A stretch of 64,000 nucleotides of DNA from Utricularia gibba. Lineage: Eukaryota; Plantae; Magnoliophyta. Below are positions 37,242 to 50,531 of this stretch, piece by piece. A program made the translations under genes and the position numbers. Below the pieces are notes generated by a model. The model searched no databases. It was not told the DNA's origin and was given only the letters and a program-made list of their open reading frames with translations. The DNA lies in contig NEEC01000014.1 in the NCBI GenBank assembly GCA_002189035.1, positions 372,001 through 436,000 of the forward strand, written 5' to 3'. Each line of letters begins with the position of its first letter. The first letter of the stretch is position 1.

Positions 37242-38302
37242 AAAGTTGAGGCCAAGCCAACTCCCTTCAATCCCATTCAGCCACGCAGCTTTTGAGGTAT
37301 TAGAAATTCTTAAAAAAAATAGCATGGAAAAATACTGTAAATTTCACAAAAATAATAGGCATTACGAATCTGATTTTTTTTCGTATTTTAAAAATTAAAT
37401 ATATAATAAATAAATGTAATAACGTATAGGGATATTTTTAAAATAAAAAATGAGGCATATATTGTTAATAAAATTTATCTAATTTCGAGTATAAGGTGGA
37501 CTGCACATATTTTTAATTGGCCATTTTTCGTTGTACTAAAATTCTGGAAGTGTGTAGGGTGGCAGCTTGTGGAGATGTGAAGATGTGAAGGCGCCACAGA
37601 GCTGTAGTGTCCTCTCTTGGCGGAAAATGGTCAAAAATCCATAGGGTTTCTCGGGCAATTCTACGTGTTCGCCTCCCAATTTATGTCGGTCACCTGGAAT
37701 ACGTAGAGACCCCATGTCCCAAAAATCTCCAATTACGGAAAAGTTCATTTCTTGATTAAGTTGTTGTCTTCCTCCCCTGTGGGGATTCGTTTGCATCTTC
37801 CCTTTTTTGAAGGTCAGTGTTTTATTGGGTTTCTGTGACGGAGCCGATCTATGTATTTCCCTGTGTTTTTCTTCTTGAAAAGGTGGTTCTTTTGCGGTCT
37901 TTCAAAAGTTTATGATGGATGAAGTGGGTTTTTAGGTTGTCTTTGATGTGCCAATGTTTGGATACTAATTTGGCGTTCATTTATCATTTTTTCCGTACGT
38001 GGGATTGTTTTATCAGAACTTCATCTTCTGTTTGATTGTTCTGGTGGCTTTTACACGTGAATACGAGTTGATTAGGTTGGGCAATTTAGTTCGATTGCAG
38101 ATTAGTTATGTAAGTCTGTAGTCATTCTTTTTGCATCCGTTACCCTGTTTAGGCCCTCTCGTGTGCTGATAGATTGTTCATTAATGGGGGTCTTCTCTGG
38201 ATATATGTACTTAAGGGTCAGATTTTATGTTTTTCTATGATATTTGTGGCTACATTATCTGATGCAGAAGTATATTAAATATAGTCATCTTGATTCAGGG
38301 AA

Positions 38303-40416
38303 ATGCCATCTGATTACTTCACGAGAGTTCGTGGTAGAATCCAGCAAGGAGTCTGGAGATTGATTTCAGGAAAGGAAGTCTGTATCCCAGATTATTTGAA
38401 TGCTCCAACTGGACTAGGGAAGTTTTCGACCAGTCATTTCAGGCATTTTATTTCTCCACGCTCTGGAACGTTTACCCACCTGCATTCACTTGTTCAGCCT
38501 GGAACGGTTGCTGCTGCTCAAGCAAGTTTACATATATCTGATAAACGGCCTAATCTTTCAGTAGTTAGAGTGTTTTCTCGTGCAATTTCGTTACCATCAA
38601 TATCAGGGCCTTCATTTGAAGCGTGTGGATATCACATAGAGTGCTTAATATCAGAGCCGAGTCATTTTTTTGATGGTAAGAAACAAAGGGCACCGATGGC
38701 AATAAGCGGATCTAGTTCCCTGATCTCTAGGTCGTTTCTACCTGGTATTCCTGCCTACAAGCCCGCCAAGTCCCACAGGAAAGTAAGTTTTCAACATGGT
38801 GGAAAAATTACCATGAGTTTGATAAGCAAGGAGCAACTCAATAACTTCTTGCTCTATGGATACTTCTTGTACGATGTTACAAGGAGAAGGATATATGGAA
38901 GGTCGTTTTGGGGGTTCTGCTTTGAGAATTTGCAACTTTCATCACCTGCTTTTTCTACTGCTAGCCATGCACATGATGTATCCCTTGGTAACAATATAAA
39001 GGAGGAAAAACAATCGACTTCTGCAGATTCCCCTGAGTTGTAAGCTTCTTCTTCTTCTTTTTCTTTTTTTTTTTTTTTGTGCATTCGGAGTCATCACCTG
39101 CCTTAAATAGCTTTGTGTGTGATTTTAGCCTTGTTTTCTGGTTATGTTTCTATTTGTCTTTGCTTCTTTTATGAATTTTGTCTTTACTGTTCTCAAAATA
39201 CAATACACTTCAAACTGTGGCAAAAAACAAGGGTTCAGTTCTCTGGCTAATTCTATTTTTCATTTCCACAGAAAAAAGTTGTAAATATAAGGTCAAGCCC
39301 AACATGTCTTTTAGTTGATGGCATGTGGTCTGGCTGCCACATGATGCCATCATCTTATACCAATAATTTAAAATTTGATCTCAGGCGCTCACCATTCAAC
39401 AGATTTTTGAGACTGAATTCAGGATCATGCTACTTACCCCATCCTGAAAAGGAAGAAACTGGTGGGGAAGATGCTCATTTCATTTGTGTGGAAGAACATG
39501 CCATTGGAGTAGCTGATGGTGTTGGAGGTTGGGCTGATTTAGGTGTTAATGCTGGGCTGTATGCCCGTGAACTTATGTGTAACTCAGTTAATGCCATTCA
39601 TGAAGAACCAAAGGGTTTGATCGACCCAGCAAGAGTTCTTGAGAAAGCCTATGTTAAAACAAGGGCAAGAGGATCATCTACTGCTTGCATAATCGCTCTC
39701 ACTGATCAGGTACCCTATCGTCACCACATGCACCTCATACATCGGCATGATATAGTTCCCCTTTCCTTGAAATGAGCTTATTTTTTTCCCCACATGCAGG
39801 GGCTTCATGCCATTAATTTAGGCGATAGTGGATTCATGGTTGTTAGAGATGGATGCACTGTTTTCAGGTCACCAGTTCAGCAGCATGATTTTAATTTTAC
39901 ATATCAGTTGGAAAGTGGGAATTCCGGTGATTTGCCTAGCTCTGGACAGGTTACCAGCATCACTGCCCTGTAACCATGTCTTGTTTCATTCTTCCGCTGT
40001 TAATCTTTCCCCTTCACATTCTTTACAGGTCTTCACCATCCCCGTTGCTGCCGGAGATGTTGTGGTCGCTGGGACCGATGGTCTTTTTGACAACTTATAC
40101 ACTAGCGACATCACTGCTGTGGTTGTCCATGCTCAGAGAGCAGGCTTCGGTCCTCAGGTGACTGCCCAGAAGATAGTAGCGCTGACCAGGCAACGAGCAC
40201 AGGATAAGGAGCGGCAAACTCCCTTCTCCACGGCAGCACAAGAAGCTGGTTTCCGTTATTATGGAGGGAAACTCGATGACATAACCGTAGTAGTATCCTA
40301 TATAACCAGCGAATATGCGGTAGGTTTTCCCTCATTGTCATCCTACAATCACCCCTCTTCTTGGCTCACCCCCCACTACATCTCTGCAGGAAAACAGTTC
40401 AGTGAAAACTTCTTAA
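38303..40416 (+). CDS. PP2C phosphatase, PPTC7/SpoIIE-like (PP2C55/80 type)
   Basis: [57 protein letters not shown]. The last micro-exon (40390-40416) is inferred. Confidence 0.9.
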
Positions 40417-41140
40417 CTCTGCTATTGGTTTTGGCACCTGACTTCGAACTGTTTGGCTGGCGTTCTCCCACGAAGATGTGGTTCGACCGACCCCATTGTG
40501 CCGGACCATCGTCCCCGTGCGAGTGCCCTGTGAATGTATATTATCGCCAGCATGTCTCTAGCGCCATCCCGTCCCTAGCGTTTTGGCGCTGGAACTTTGA
40601 CCACTGAAATGGTTTTTATCACAGAAGAAGCAAGTTTCTTTCTGCATGATGATGTGTCTCCTGTCCGCTCCCTTGAATCCGCATACGATCTTGAGCTGGA
40701 GCTGTTTTTGTTCTTGCTGCTGCATCCCTATAAAATGCATCGGCAAATCCAGATTATTTCTTGTAAATTACTTTTAATACTAATTTGATTTGTATAACAA
40801 AATTTTTCTAGTGGTGGCTCAAGTGTGGCTTTGCCTATTGTTCTAAAGATATTTTTGATTATATATTTTATTTTATTTTATTTTGAAGATGATTTCCTTG
40901 TTATGGGATCGTGTGACTTTATGCATAAAAATCATAATAATTAATTTTTATTAAAAGTGATTTTTAGTCAGGATCAGTTCCAAACAAGAGCTACATTATC
41001 ATCATCGTATCTTTTTCAAAATCAGTTTTCAAGTACACAGATTGCAGACTCAAAAATTCTCCTTTTGTAAGTGAACATGAATTTTCGTAGACTTGGAAGA
41101 CAACCAACGTTTGGCTGTACCGCAGCGTATGGGTTCAGAG

Positions 41141-42844
41141 CTAAGCAATCGTCTCTCCGGTCCGACACTCCCTGAACTTGATCTCAGCCGTGCCGCCCTG
41201 AATGCGAGCGACATCGCAGCATTCGCAACGATCATTCTAAGAGAGCACCATACATTCATCAGCATTCAGATCTACTGATCTCGTGGACGGAGACTGGAGA
41301 GGGAATTGGTTATACCTCTTCCCGGCTCGTAGGTGGGGTGATGACGTGAATGTCAAAGATTCGGTCGGCACTGTGGCTGCCGCATGGCTTCATAGGACGG
41401 GGCCATCCTCTGCGGTACGTTGTAAGAGTCTGGTTGTGTCCATTTTCAACTCTATCAAGGAAAAAAACGTGTGGAGCTTCGCAAGGATCCTTCGATGGTA
41501 GCCTCGTGTCGAATATGTAATTTGGACCTGCAAAAGGAAGCTTGTCAATTGTCTGCTACCACATTGTGCTCCTGGAATGTTCATAAAAGCTGTAACCTTG
41601 ATTGGGAGGTGAAGTCCAGTGCCGGAAGGTTTCAATCGGCTTTTGAAGGTGACTTCTAGGGAAAATTTTCTCATATACGTAAGCTGAGTAGCCCCAAGAA
41701 ACGGAGAACGACCAGTTGCTCGGACGGTGGTGGCAAACCGTCATCTGTAGCAACCGGGACTGATCGACATCCGCCGCCGTCATAAGATGGCGCAACGCTT
41801 CAGTATGATTTTTTTCAGGGAAGTACGGATCCGCACCATGCGTCCGATGGAGGGATAGCAATGGGACCTTCGGGTGTGACGAAAAAAATCCCGAGAGGTC
41901 GCCATGCAAATCCATCTACAAAAACGAAATAGTGATTTACATTGTTATTAGATCAAACAAAAACTAATATATAAGAAATAATATATTATTAACAATTTTT
42001 GAGTTTAATTTTTTAAATATAATTTATATTTATTATGTATTTGAGTTTCATATATATTACTTCGATTCATAATTACAATATAAACACAGATTATTATTAC
42101 CTGGTGCATTCCCTTATTAGGGCTAAGTGTGATGCCCATATCGGATGTGCAAACCATTGTCATATGATCATATATTTTCATATGACCGTACACTCTGGTG
42201 CAGTTCTTGATGACGGCGGCGACAGCCTTCGCCAATGGATAACTAAGAATGATCCCGGCACCACCGTACCCCATGTGGAACGTGTACCAAAAGTCCGCTA
42301 AGAACCATTCCGTCAAGCCACCGATGTAATAGTGCTTGGTGTGATCGTACTGCCGGAGAACCCTGACAATGTTGTCGACGAAAAAAATCGAATCGTCGTC
42401 ACCCATGACGAGCCACCGGAGATCCTTCCCGTCTGCCTCCCGAAAGGACTCCATTATGGCACGAAACAAACGGATCGGGGTCCGGATACCCGGCGGAGAG
42501 ACCTTGTAGGGTGGCAAGGATCTGGGCCAAGGGCGGAGAGTGTCATTCGGTGCAGCGTCTAGGAACACGAATCCCCGAGTGGCGTTCGGCCGCCACCATG
42601 ATTCAACATACACCTTCCGGTAGTGCATCGCGCGCTCGGAGGCGACGATGCCGAAGGCCAGGTGGCTGAGATCGGTGGGGGCATCCTGTTGCAGGCTTCT
42701 TCCCTGGATCGGAGATGCAAGTTGTAAAATAGGAGAGTAGGAGTTGAGGCAGGGAAGGGAGCGCCAGATCACGAACCCCCCGAGCCCTGACGAGACTAAA
42801 ATCGTGAAAACGATGAAGGACTCTCTTGAAAAACAGGAACTCAT
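41141..42844 (-). CDS. DUF604 (Fringe/GT31-related) glycosyltransferase, copy A
   Basis: N-terminal TM, HLAFGIVAS, YVESWWRPN, LRWLVMGDDDSIFF, GMHQ|MDLHGD, WSFSVSWGYS, last exon CECCDV...IKFREC. Confidence 0.9.
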
Positions 42845-43628
42845 TGCGAATTTCCAGGGTACCTTCACTTCACAAAAAAACTACATTTGCAAGCTACAAA
42901 AATCAATTATCTTTAAACCCTTCTTAATTAGTGCCTAAACCAATACTTTCATACATTACACTATGATAAACAGGTTTAGAGATCAATAAATCTCCTCGTA
43001 CCTTAAAAAAAATTGAAATAATGCCTCAAATAAAACACAAAGTCAACTAGAGTAGGAACAACTGTAGATATCTCCCTACGGCCACAGGCGTGGCAAGATT
43101 AATGCAACAATAGACGAAGCGACATTAGATGCAGCGATAGATATCTACAGAAATAAATGCACTGAGGAGATCCTTTTTTCCGTTAAACGTGAGCACTCTC
43201 CAATGTGTCTTCCTCGAAAAAATAAAAAAAGGTCCCAATGAGAGGAATTTGTGCGTTTTCACCACGTAAGAATTTGCATTCCTTGTATTACGTGACTAGT
43301 GGACGTTTATTTTATTTAATATTTGATTTATGTATAATCACAAAAAAACTAAGGCATACTTTATGTTATTATAATTGATGAGGTACACCCTAAAATCGAG
43401 TTTTTAAAAATATAAAATTTATATTAATAAATAATTTCTGAAATTAATTACGTATAATTCAATTTAATTTGTTTGCAAGGTCGGAATGAATGCAGGATGG
43501 GAGTCGCCTGTTGTTTTAAATATGAAAATTCCAAAAATTCTCATTATTTAAAAATGTTCATATGCTTGGGACTACGTATGAGGAATAGAGTAGATGGAGA
43601 AGGCGAGCAGTGTGAGTCCATGTAGCAT

Positions 43629-45352
43629 TTAGTTTATCAGCTCCCCGAACTCGCACTCTCTGTACTTGATCTCAGCCTCACTGCCTTCAACGCGGACAAC
43701 ATCACAGCATTCGGAGCGATCGATCTGAAAAGGAAGACACGAGCGTGGGCGGGATTACCGAATTGCATTCAAGATTTGAGAATATGAGTGCGATATTTGA
43801 AGTGTTGGAAAAATAACAGGAGATGTTAACCTCTTTCCGCTTGGTGGATGGTGAAAACACATGAATCTCTGAGATGGGATCCGCGGTTTTAGAGCCAGTT
43901 GGATCGCATGGCTTCAAGCCTCGGGGTTTCGATCTTCTATAGGTGGTGAGGGTCTGGTTTTCCCCAGGTTCAACTTTTTCAAGGAAGAATACGTGCGGGT
44001 CTTCGCATGAATTATTTGACAGTCGCCTTGTATCGAACATGTATAATGGACCTGTGGGTTCGACCATAGTCCAGCATATTATCAGAAAAAATGAAACTTT
44101 TAAAGCTTGTACAATGGCACCTGCATTATTGCGAATGTGAGTTCAGACTCAGGGAAGCATCGGATTCTAACCTGTTCCAGGAGGTGGAAATCTGGGGCTG
44201 AAGGTTTCAATGGGTCTCGTTAGGTGACTTCGAGGCAGAATTCTTTCATATATGTGAGCTGAGTAGCCCCAAGAGATGGAGAATGCCCAGCTCTTATTGC
44301 GGTGATAGCAAATGTTCATCTGAAGCATCCGCGTCTGATCGGTTGCCGCCGCCGTCATGAGGTGGCTCAGCGACTGTGTACGGTCTTTTCCGGGGAATAG
44401 CGGTTCCACAATGTCCAAATGGTGCAGGGACAACAGTGGGAACTTTGGGTGTGATGACAAGAATCCAGAGACATCACCACTTAAATCAATCTGCAAAATG
44501 ACATCATGGAAAACAAGTTTAGACATGTGGATTGTTTAAATTATCATAAGGATTCCGGATTACTTGGTTGATGCCCTTATGGGGAGAAAGGTTGACTCCG
44601 ATGTCCGATACACATGACATGACCATGAGATCGGAAGAGTTCAGATGGGCATATCTCTTCAAGCAGTTCTCCATGTCAGCTGCAAGAGCCTTTGCGGTCG
44701 GATAACTAAGAATGATCCCGGCGCCACGGAAGGCCTGATTGAACGAGTACAAAAAGTTCGACCAGGAGTACTCCGATTGGCCGCCAATGTAATAGTACTT
44801 TCTGTGATCGTACTGCCGAAGAACATCGACAAGATTTTCCACGAAAAAGATCGAATCATCGTCTCCAATAACGAGCCACCGAAGGTCCGGCCGGTCCACC
44901 TCCCGGAAAACCTCCATGATCCCCCTAACCAGGCGGATCGTGATCGGGGAAGCCGGGTTTACCTCCTTTATGAAATCGGTAAGGTCGCCGGAGATTTTAT
45001 ACGGCGGCGAGGACGGGGACCAGGGTAGGAGATCCTTAGTGGGGGCGGCGTCAAGCAAAACAAACCCACGAGTGGTGTCTGGCCGCCACCACGATTCGAC
45101 ATACGCTTTCCGGTGTCGCCATGTCGCCTCTGAGCTGAGGAGGCCGAAAGCCAGGTTGCTAAGATTGGTCGGAGAGCCATCTGTGCGGGAAACTCCCGAT
45201 AGGGAAGTTCCTCTCTTGAACCGGGAAGAAGGAGCGACATGTGAAGGCTTGGCACAGCGGAGGGAGCCTGAGATCATGCATGCTACCAGCCCTGCACCGA
45301 TCAAAACAATGAAAACGAAGCCCGTGCTACTCGAAAACAAGGAACAATACAT
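43629..45352 (-). CDS. DUF604 (Fringe/GT31-related) glycosyltransferase, copy B
   Basis: Same exon layout as copy A; LRWLVIGDDDSIFF, LLSLHHL, WAFSISWGYS, last exon SECCDVV...IKYREC. Confidence 0.9.
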
Positions 45353-46059
45353 GGAGAAAAACAAAATCTGGGATCCTTCAGATTTGTGAACTAAAAAGCA
45401 TGCGTATGAGGGTGAGCACAAGCCTTGGTTTTTGCCCTAATGTGAAAACACTTATGCATTTAATTTTTAGTTCAAAAAAGAATTCATTTGTCAACTGTAT
45501 GCAAATCATGAGGGGCAACATAGGATATTGTCTTTGCATTTATTAAATTAATTTCTCTATATTTTATATCTACCTTAATTTTGACCTTCATTTCCTTATA
45601 TATCCCCTAAATATTGACTTCTTCATTTTAGATCCTCCCACCTTGCCCTAATTCCTTAGTGCTACTACATTATTACATGGTTGGCAAATGCCATGCCACG
45701 TTCTTGCATTACTGAGATCACAATCCTGTTATTGTTGTGTTATTTAGGCTCCCAATTGAATTGGGGAGTGTTCATTTGAAATTCCGATGCTATAAAAGAA
45801 AAAATATTATTAATATTGAAATTAAGAATTTGATAGAATCAACAAGTATACATAAACCTACATTACTATTTTCATTTCCACATATAAAAGAATTACTTGT
45901 TGTAATAACATCTATTCATATAATAATATGCTTTTCAGAGAATCAACCCATCATGAGGCTTGAAAAAAACTAAGAACAATAAGCAGTCTTTGAAAATTTT
46001 GTTTTGTTTTGTTTTTCAATACAACATTCTCAAAACTTGTATGACAAATAGTGAACTAT

Positions 46060-47658
46060 TCAAACTAGCTTAACTCCACCCCAGTCTTCGCACTCTCTCA
46101 TATAAGGCTTTACCACACTTGTATTAGTTACACGTAGCCTCTTGCAGTCGTAGTTCAGAGGCTTGTGAAAGCAAGGCTCCATGGATAGGACCCGACGGCA
46201 CTGTTGAAGATGGCCCGTCGAGTTCCGGAGCTTGAAGATCATCCGTGGCACTAACCCTCCCACGCCCTGAGCCACATACCCAAAGGTTGAACGCTCACTC
46301 GTGAGCAATTCATCCGTTAAGCTGAGGAGATACATTTCAGCCAATGCTTTCTTGTCGTGAGTGTGATTCCCCGTCTGTTGTTGCTCTTCGAAGCTCGGTT
46401 GATGGATCGAGATCGTCTCTCCGGTGGTCGTAGGATTTTCCCAGTACAGCCTTCGAAGATGTTCGGAGTAGCCTCGTTCCAATGAAGTCAGTAGTACCGC
46501 AATCTTCTTCTTCTTATTCTCGATCATTGACTGGGTTAAATTCTGGTGATCATGAGCCTGGAAATTGAAATCGACTCGGGGGAGTATACCCTCGTCCATG
46601 ACACAAGAAACAATCTGATCAACCATGTGATGGAAAGACATTCTTTCATGAGGATATATTCGAACTTGGATCCCAACCCTCACACTCGCATCCGATAAAT
46701 AAGCGTCGTAGAATCTTCTTACAAGCGCCCAAACGGAATTTGATGGATGAAACAGATATCGACCCAAGAGGTGAAAAACCGTAGTCTTGTCCGGAAACAG
46801 GTTGCCTAGTTCTTTCTCCAAGTGTGGTATTGAGTACAACGCAGGAACAAAGTATATATTGGTCATCATTATCAACCACGGCACGTCTCGGACATATGGA
46901 AACGCTTCCTCGCATAGGAAACGCTTTTCCATATCATCGTAGTTTGTAGCCCAAAGATGCGCATACACGTAAGGCAGTGGCGATGATCTTCCAAACTGCT
47001 GGCGACCCAATAGCGATGCAAAGCTATCAGGCGAATGTTTGTGAAAGCCTTCGATTTTCTGGATTAACGGGGAATCCAAAGGAAGCAGCCAAGACCCTTC
47101 TGGAAACGGTTCACAGAAGAGATCCGAGATGATCTCTTTAGGGTAGATGAGGAAGACTCGATCTGTGAGAAGAGCATAGAGGAATGCAGCGGGAAGACTG
47201 ATGAGCCTATTCCCCAGTCCATCGGCCGAAAACCATATGAGGTATTTACATTCAGATGGCATGATTGCATCAGAAATGTTCGCTGTAAGAACATCGACTG
47301 TCTTATTGTACAAGCGTGTGTACGGGGCGCACCTCCTATGTCGAGCTTCATAGCTTCGAAGCTTGGACATGAGGTATGGAGACGGTTTTCGCAGCGTCGA
47401 TCGAGCATGCAAAAGAGGATCGTACTTACTGAAACAAGAGGAGACTTTATCCAACCCTCTTCGGATAAGATCATCGTCCATTTGCCCATAAGAACGATCA
47501 CCATGTTGATTCTTGTAGGAAAGGAGACGGTGTTTCACTGATGTAAAAACCATGAACAACAAGAATAACCCCATCCCAAGAACCAGAAAACCGCCCAAAA
47601 ACTTGCATAGTTTCAATGGATAATTCATCCTCGAACTCCTGAAAAGCTTTTTAGCCAT
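46060..47658 (-). CDS. GT37 alpha-1,2-fucosyltransferase (FUT family), copy 1, intronless
   Basis: TM anchor, GLGNRL, LFCEPFP, GRYLFHPSN, GIQVR, HQPS, ALAEMYLLSLTD, STFGYVAQG, MEPCFH. Confidence 0.93.
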   Translation of the reverse strand: MAKKLFRSSRMNYPLKLCKFLGGFLVLGMGLFLLFMVFTSVKHRLLSYKNQHGDRSYGQMDDDLIRRGLDKVSSCFSKYDPLLHARSTLRKPSPYLMSKLRSYEARHRRCAPYTRLYNKTVDVLTANISDAIMPSECKYLIWFSADGLGNRLISLPAAFLYALLTDRVFLIYPKEIISDLFCEPFPEGSWLLPLDSPLIQKIEGFHKHSPDSFASLLGRQQFGRSSPLPYVYAHLWATNYDDMEKRFLCEEAFPYVRDVPWLIMMTNIYFVPALYSIPHLEKELGNLFPDKTTVFHLLGRYLFHPSNSVWALVRRFYDAYLSDASVRVGIQVRIYPHERMSFHHMVDQIVSCVMDEGILPRVDFNFQAHDHQNLTQSMIENKKKKIAVLLTSLERGYSEHLRRLYWENPTTTGETISIHQPSFEEQQQTGNHTHDKKALAEMYLLSLTDELLTSERSTFGYVAQGVGGLVPRMIFKLRNSTGHLQQCRRVLSMEPCFHKPLNYDCKRLRVTNTSVVKPYMRECEDWGGVKLV

Positions 47659-48479
47659 GACTGAACGAGGTTTTGGTAAAATGGATGATTGTCTCCCAAG
47701 TAAGCTGATTTAGCAGCACATATTTATTTATCACAAGGGTGGAAAACTAAAACACAATGAATAGGAGCAATCACTCTAGTCATCAATATGAAGTAAAAAT
47801 TGAGGGGCTGTTTTTCTCATTAATTCCTTGGTGGGCTAGCTCAATTAGGGTTTCAGCTTTAATCGGATCCATTAATCTAAGAGTCTACTTACGAAATTGC
47901 GTCAAACAGTTGAATTAAGAAGGCAACATCACCTTCTAACAGTTGTATGAGGGACCACCTGATTTTTTTTTTCTTCAGAAGTTGATCTAGAAATTAGGGG
48001 TTTGTTTTTGAAAATTAATAATATTAGGCTTAATGTGTGAATGATAACCATTTATGTCAGACACACACTGAAAGCAATTATGAATATTTATCAAATTATG
48101 TGAATTTAAATATAGCACACGATTAATGGTAAAATTTGTATCATGATTAGGGTATTGGTCAGCCCTGTTATCCCATGGAAATCTTTCATTTCACACGCTG
48201 ATTATGTGCATTTGATGCTTAGGAAAGATAAGAAACAAACAGATCATCCAATTCCTTTGATAATATTTCAGGGAGGTGACCTAAACTTGCATCAAATAGA
48301 TCAATACTTTGATATAATATCATCTTCGCATCTATGTTTTTTTCAGAAATATTGAACCGAAGGACGTCCGAGATTGGAAAAAAATGAGTTCGATGGCTAG
48401 GGACACAAAATCTCAAGATTTATAAGGAAAAATACGTAATCTCAACCTTAAGCTCAAGGTGGCAAATGATGAAGCATCG

Positions 48480-50081
48480 TCAAGGGTGCGTGGTACGGTT
48501 GTCAACCAGCTTGACTCCTGGCCAATCCTCACACTGTTGGATGTACGGCTCCACCACGCTCGTATTAGTCCTACGTTTCGTCTTACAGTCGAAGTTCAGT
48601 GGTATATGGAAGCAAGGCTCCATCGACAGGAGCCGGCGACACGGCCGGTAATGGCCGGACTCGTTCGGTGTCTTGTACACCATCCACGGCAGCAGCCCGC
48701 CTAAGCCCTGAGCTGCATACCCGAAAGTTGAACGTTGGCTTGTGAGCAATGCGTCCGTTAAACTCAGTAGGTATATTTCTGCCAATGCTTTCTTATCGTG
48801 ATCCCGATCCCCTGTTTGTTGGTGGTCGTCGAAGCATGCTTGATGGACTCCGACGACGTCTCCGGTCACCGTCGGATTCACCCAATATAAACGTCTCAGA
48901 TGTTCGAAGTAGCCTCGGTGCAACGAAGTCATGACCACAGCGATTTTTCTCTTCTTCTTGATGATGGTGCTGTTCATGTGTCCCTGGTCATCCACTTGTG
49001 GAAGCAAACCCTCGTTCATACCGCAGGAAACAACTTGATCCACCATGCTGTGGAAAGGGATTCGTTCGTAGAAGTAGAGTCGAACTTGGATCCCGACTCT
49101 TAGATCCGCCTCAGACAGGTAGGTGTCATAGAATCTTCTTAAAAGCTCCCAAACTGAATTTTTGGGATGGAACAAATATCGACCCAGTAGATGAAAAATG
49201 GTTGCCCTATCCGGGAATAGCTTTAGCAACTCTTCTTCGAAGTGCGGTATCGAGTACAACGAAGGAACGAAGTATATGTTCGTCATCATTATCAACCACG
49301 GCACATCTTGGAGGTACGATAAGGCTTCGTCGCAGAGGAAACGTTTGTCGAGATCATCATAGTTTGTAGCCCAAAGATGCGCATATACATAGGACAGAGG
49401 TGAACTACTTGCATTGCTAAAGTGGTTGTGTTTCAGGAGCTCCCCGAAGCTGTCTGGTGAAGCTTTTTTAAAGGTTTCGAATCTGTCAGCCAATGGGAAG
49501 TCCACAGGAAGCAGCCAGGAGCCTTCTGGAAATGGCTCACAGAAGAGGTCGGAAATGATATCGCCGGGATAGATCAGGAAAGTCCTATCGGTAAGAAGAG
49601 CGTATAGAAACGCGGCGGGGAGACTTATCATTCTGTTCCCCAGTCCATCGGCCGAAAACCATATGATGTACTTGCAATCGGCCGGCATGTTGCTGGTTCT
49701 GTTGGTTCGGAGCACATCGGCCGCCATGTTGTACGACGGCGTATACGGGGCGCACCTCTTGTGCCGATCCTCGTACCGGCGTAACTTGTACACGAGATAC
49801 GACGAGGGCTCCCTCAACGTCGATCGGCGATGCAAAAGCGGGTCGTGCTTACTCCGACAGGAGCCGTCATCCACTCCTCTCCAGATAAGATCCTCATCAA
49901 GATGGTTGTAAGAATGAGGGGTTTCCTCCTGCTTCTGAGCAAAGACACGATCCCTTATTACTGCAAACACAGTGCAGAGAAAGAACAAGGCCATCCCGAG
50001 AAGCAGCACGCCACCAAGAAGCTTGAGCGTATTGAACGGAAACCTAACTCGTGAACCCCTGAGGAGCTGTTTTCTCCCCAT
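48480..50081 (-). CDS. GT37 fucosyltransferase, copy 2, intronless
   Basis: Same GT37 motifs; closest to copy 1 (shared WFSADGLGNR, HLWATNYDD, IMMTNIYF). Confidence 0.93.
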   Translation of the reverse strand: MGRKQLLRGSRVRFPFNTLKLLGGVLLLGMALFFLCTVFAVIRDRVFAQKQEETPHSYNHLDEDLIWRGVDDGSCRSKHDPLLHRRSTLREPSSYLVYKLRRYEDRHKRCAPYTPSYNMAADVLRTNRTSNMPADCKYIIWFSADGLGNRMISLPAAFLYALLTDRTFLIYPGDIISDLFCEPFPEGSWLLPVDFPLADRFETFKKASPDSFGELLKHNHFSNASSSPLSYVYAHLWATNYDDLDKRFLCDEALSYLQDVPWLIMMTNIYFVPSLYSIPHFEEELLKLFPDRATIFHLLGRYLFHPKNSVWELLRRFYDTYLSEADLRVGIQVRLYFYERIPFHSMVDQVVSCGMNEGLLPQVDDQGHMNSTIIKKKRKIAVVMTSLHRGYFEHLRRLYWVNPTVTGDVVGVHQACFDDHQQTGDRDHDKKALAEIYLLSLTDALLTSQRSTFGYAAQGLGGLLPWMVYKTPNESGHYRPCRRLLSMEPCFHIPLNFDCKTKRRTNTSVVEPYIQQCEDWPGVKLVDNRTTHP

Positions 50082-50454
50082 GATTCAACCCTGAAACCTC
50101 TTCCAAGTTCTCAAAGAAAAGTTACTGATTCCAAGCAATAAATCTGGCCATCGTTGCACCAAGCAAGATGACCACATTCGGCAACACTTGAATTCAAATC
50201 AAGTTATGAATGAAGTAAATGCTGCCGTCGGTGTCCGAACAAGACGATAGTGATGGCGCAGGAGGTATGTTGCAAGTCAATGCTGGATCATGTATTTGCT
50301 GTTGAATTTCTCTGCTAAGCTAAGAAAGTAATAAAGAGCAGCCGCCATGTTGAGTCAATAGCACAGTACTCATAAATCGGGCAGCTGCTTGTTGTTAACT
50401 AGGGCTGGCAGTTGAATTGGAAAATATTTATTCAAGATTTTATGCATTATTTCT

Positions 50455-50531
50455 TATATTATGGTATCCTGCTCATTATTATTCTGCATAATTCAGATTA
50501 ACGCTATATTACGGTATCCTGCTCATTATTA
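50455..50531. repeat. 27-bp direct repeat, 2 copies, 50-bp period
   Basis: TATATTAyGGTATCCTGCTCATTATTA at 50455-50481 and 50505-50531 (one mismatch). Confidence 0.85.
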
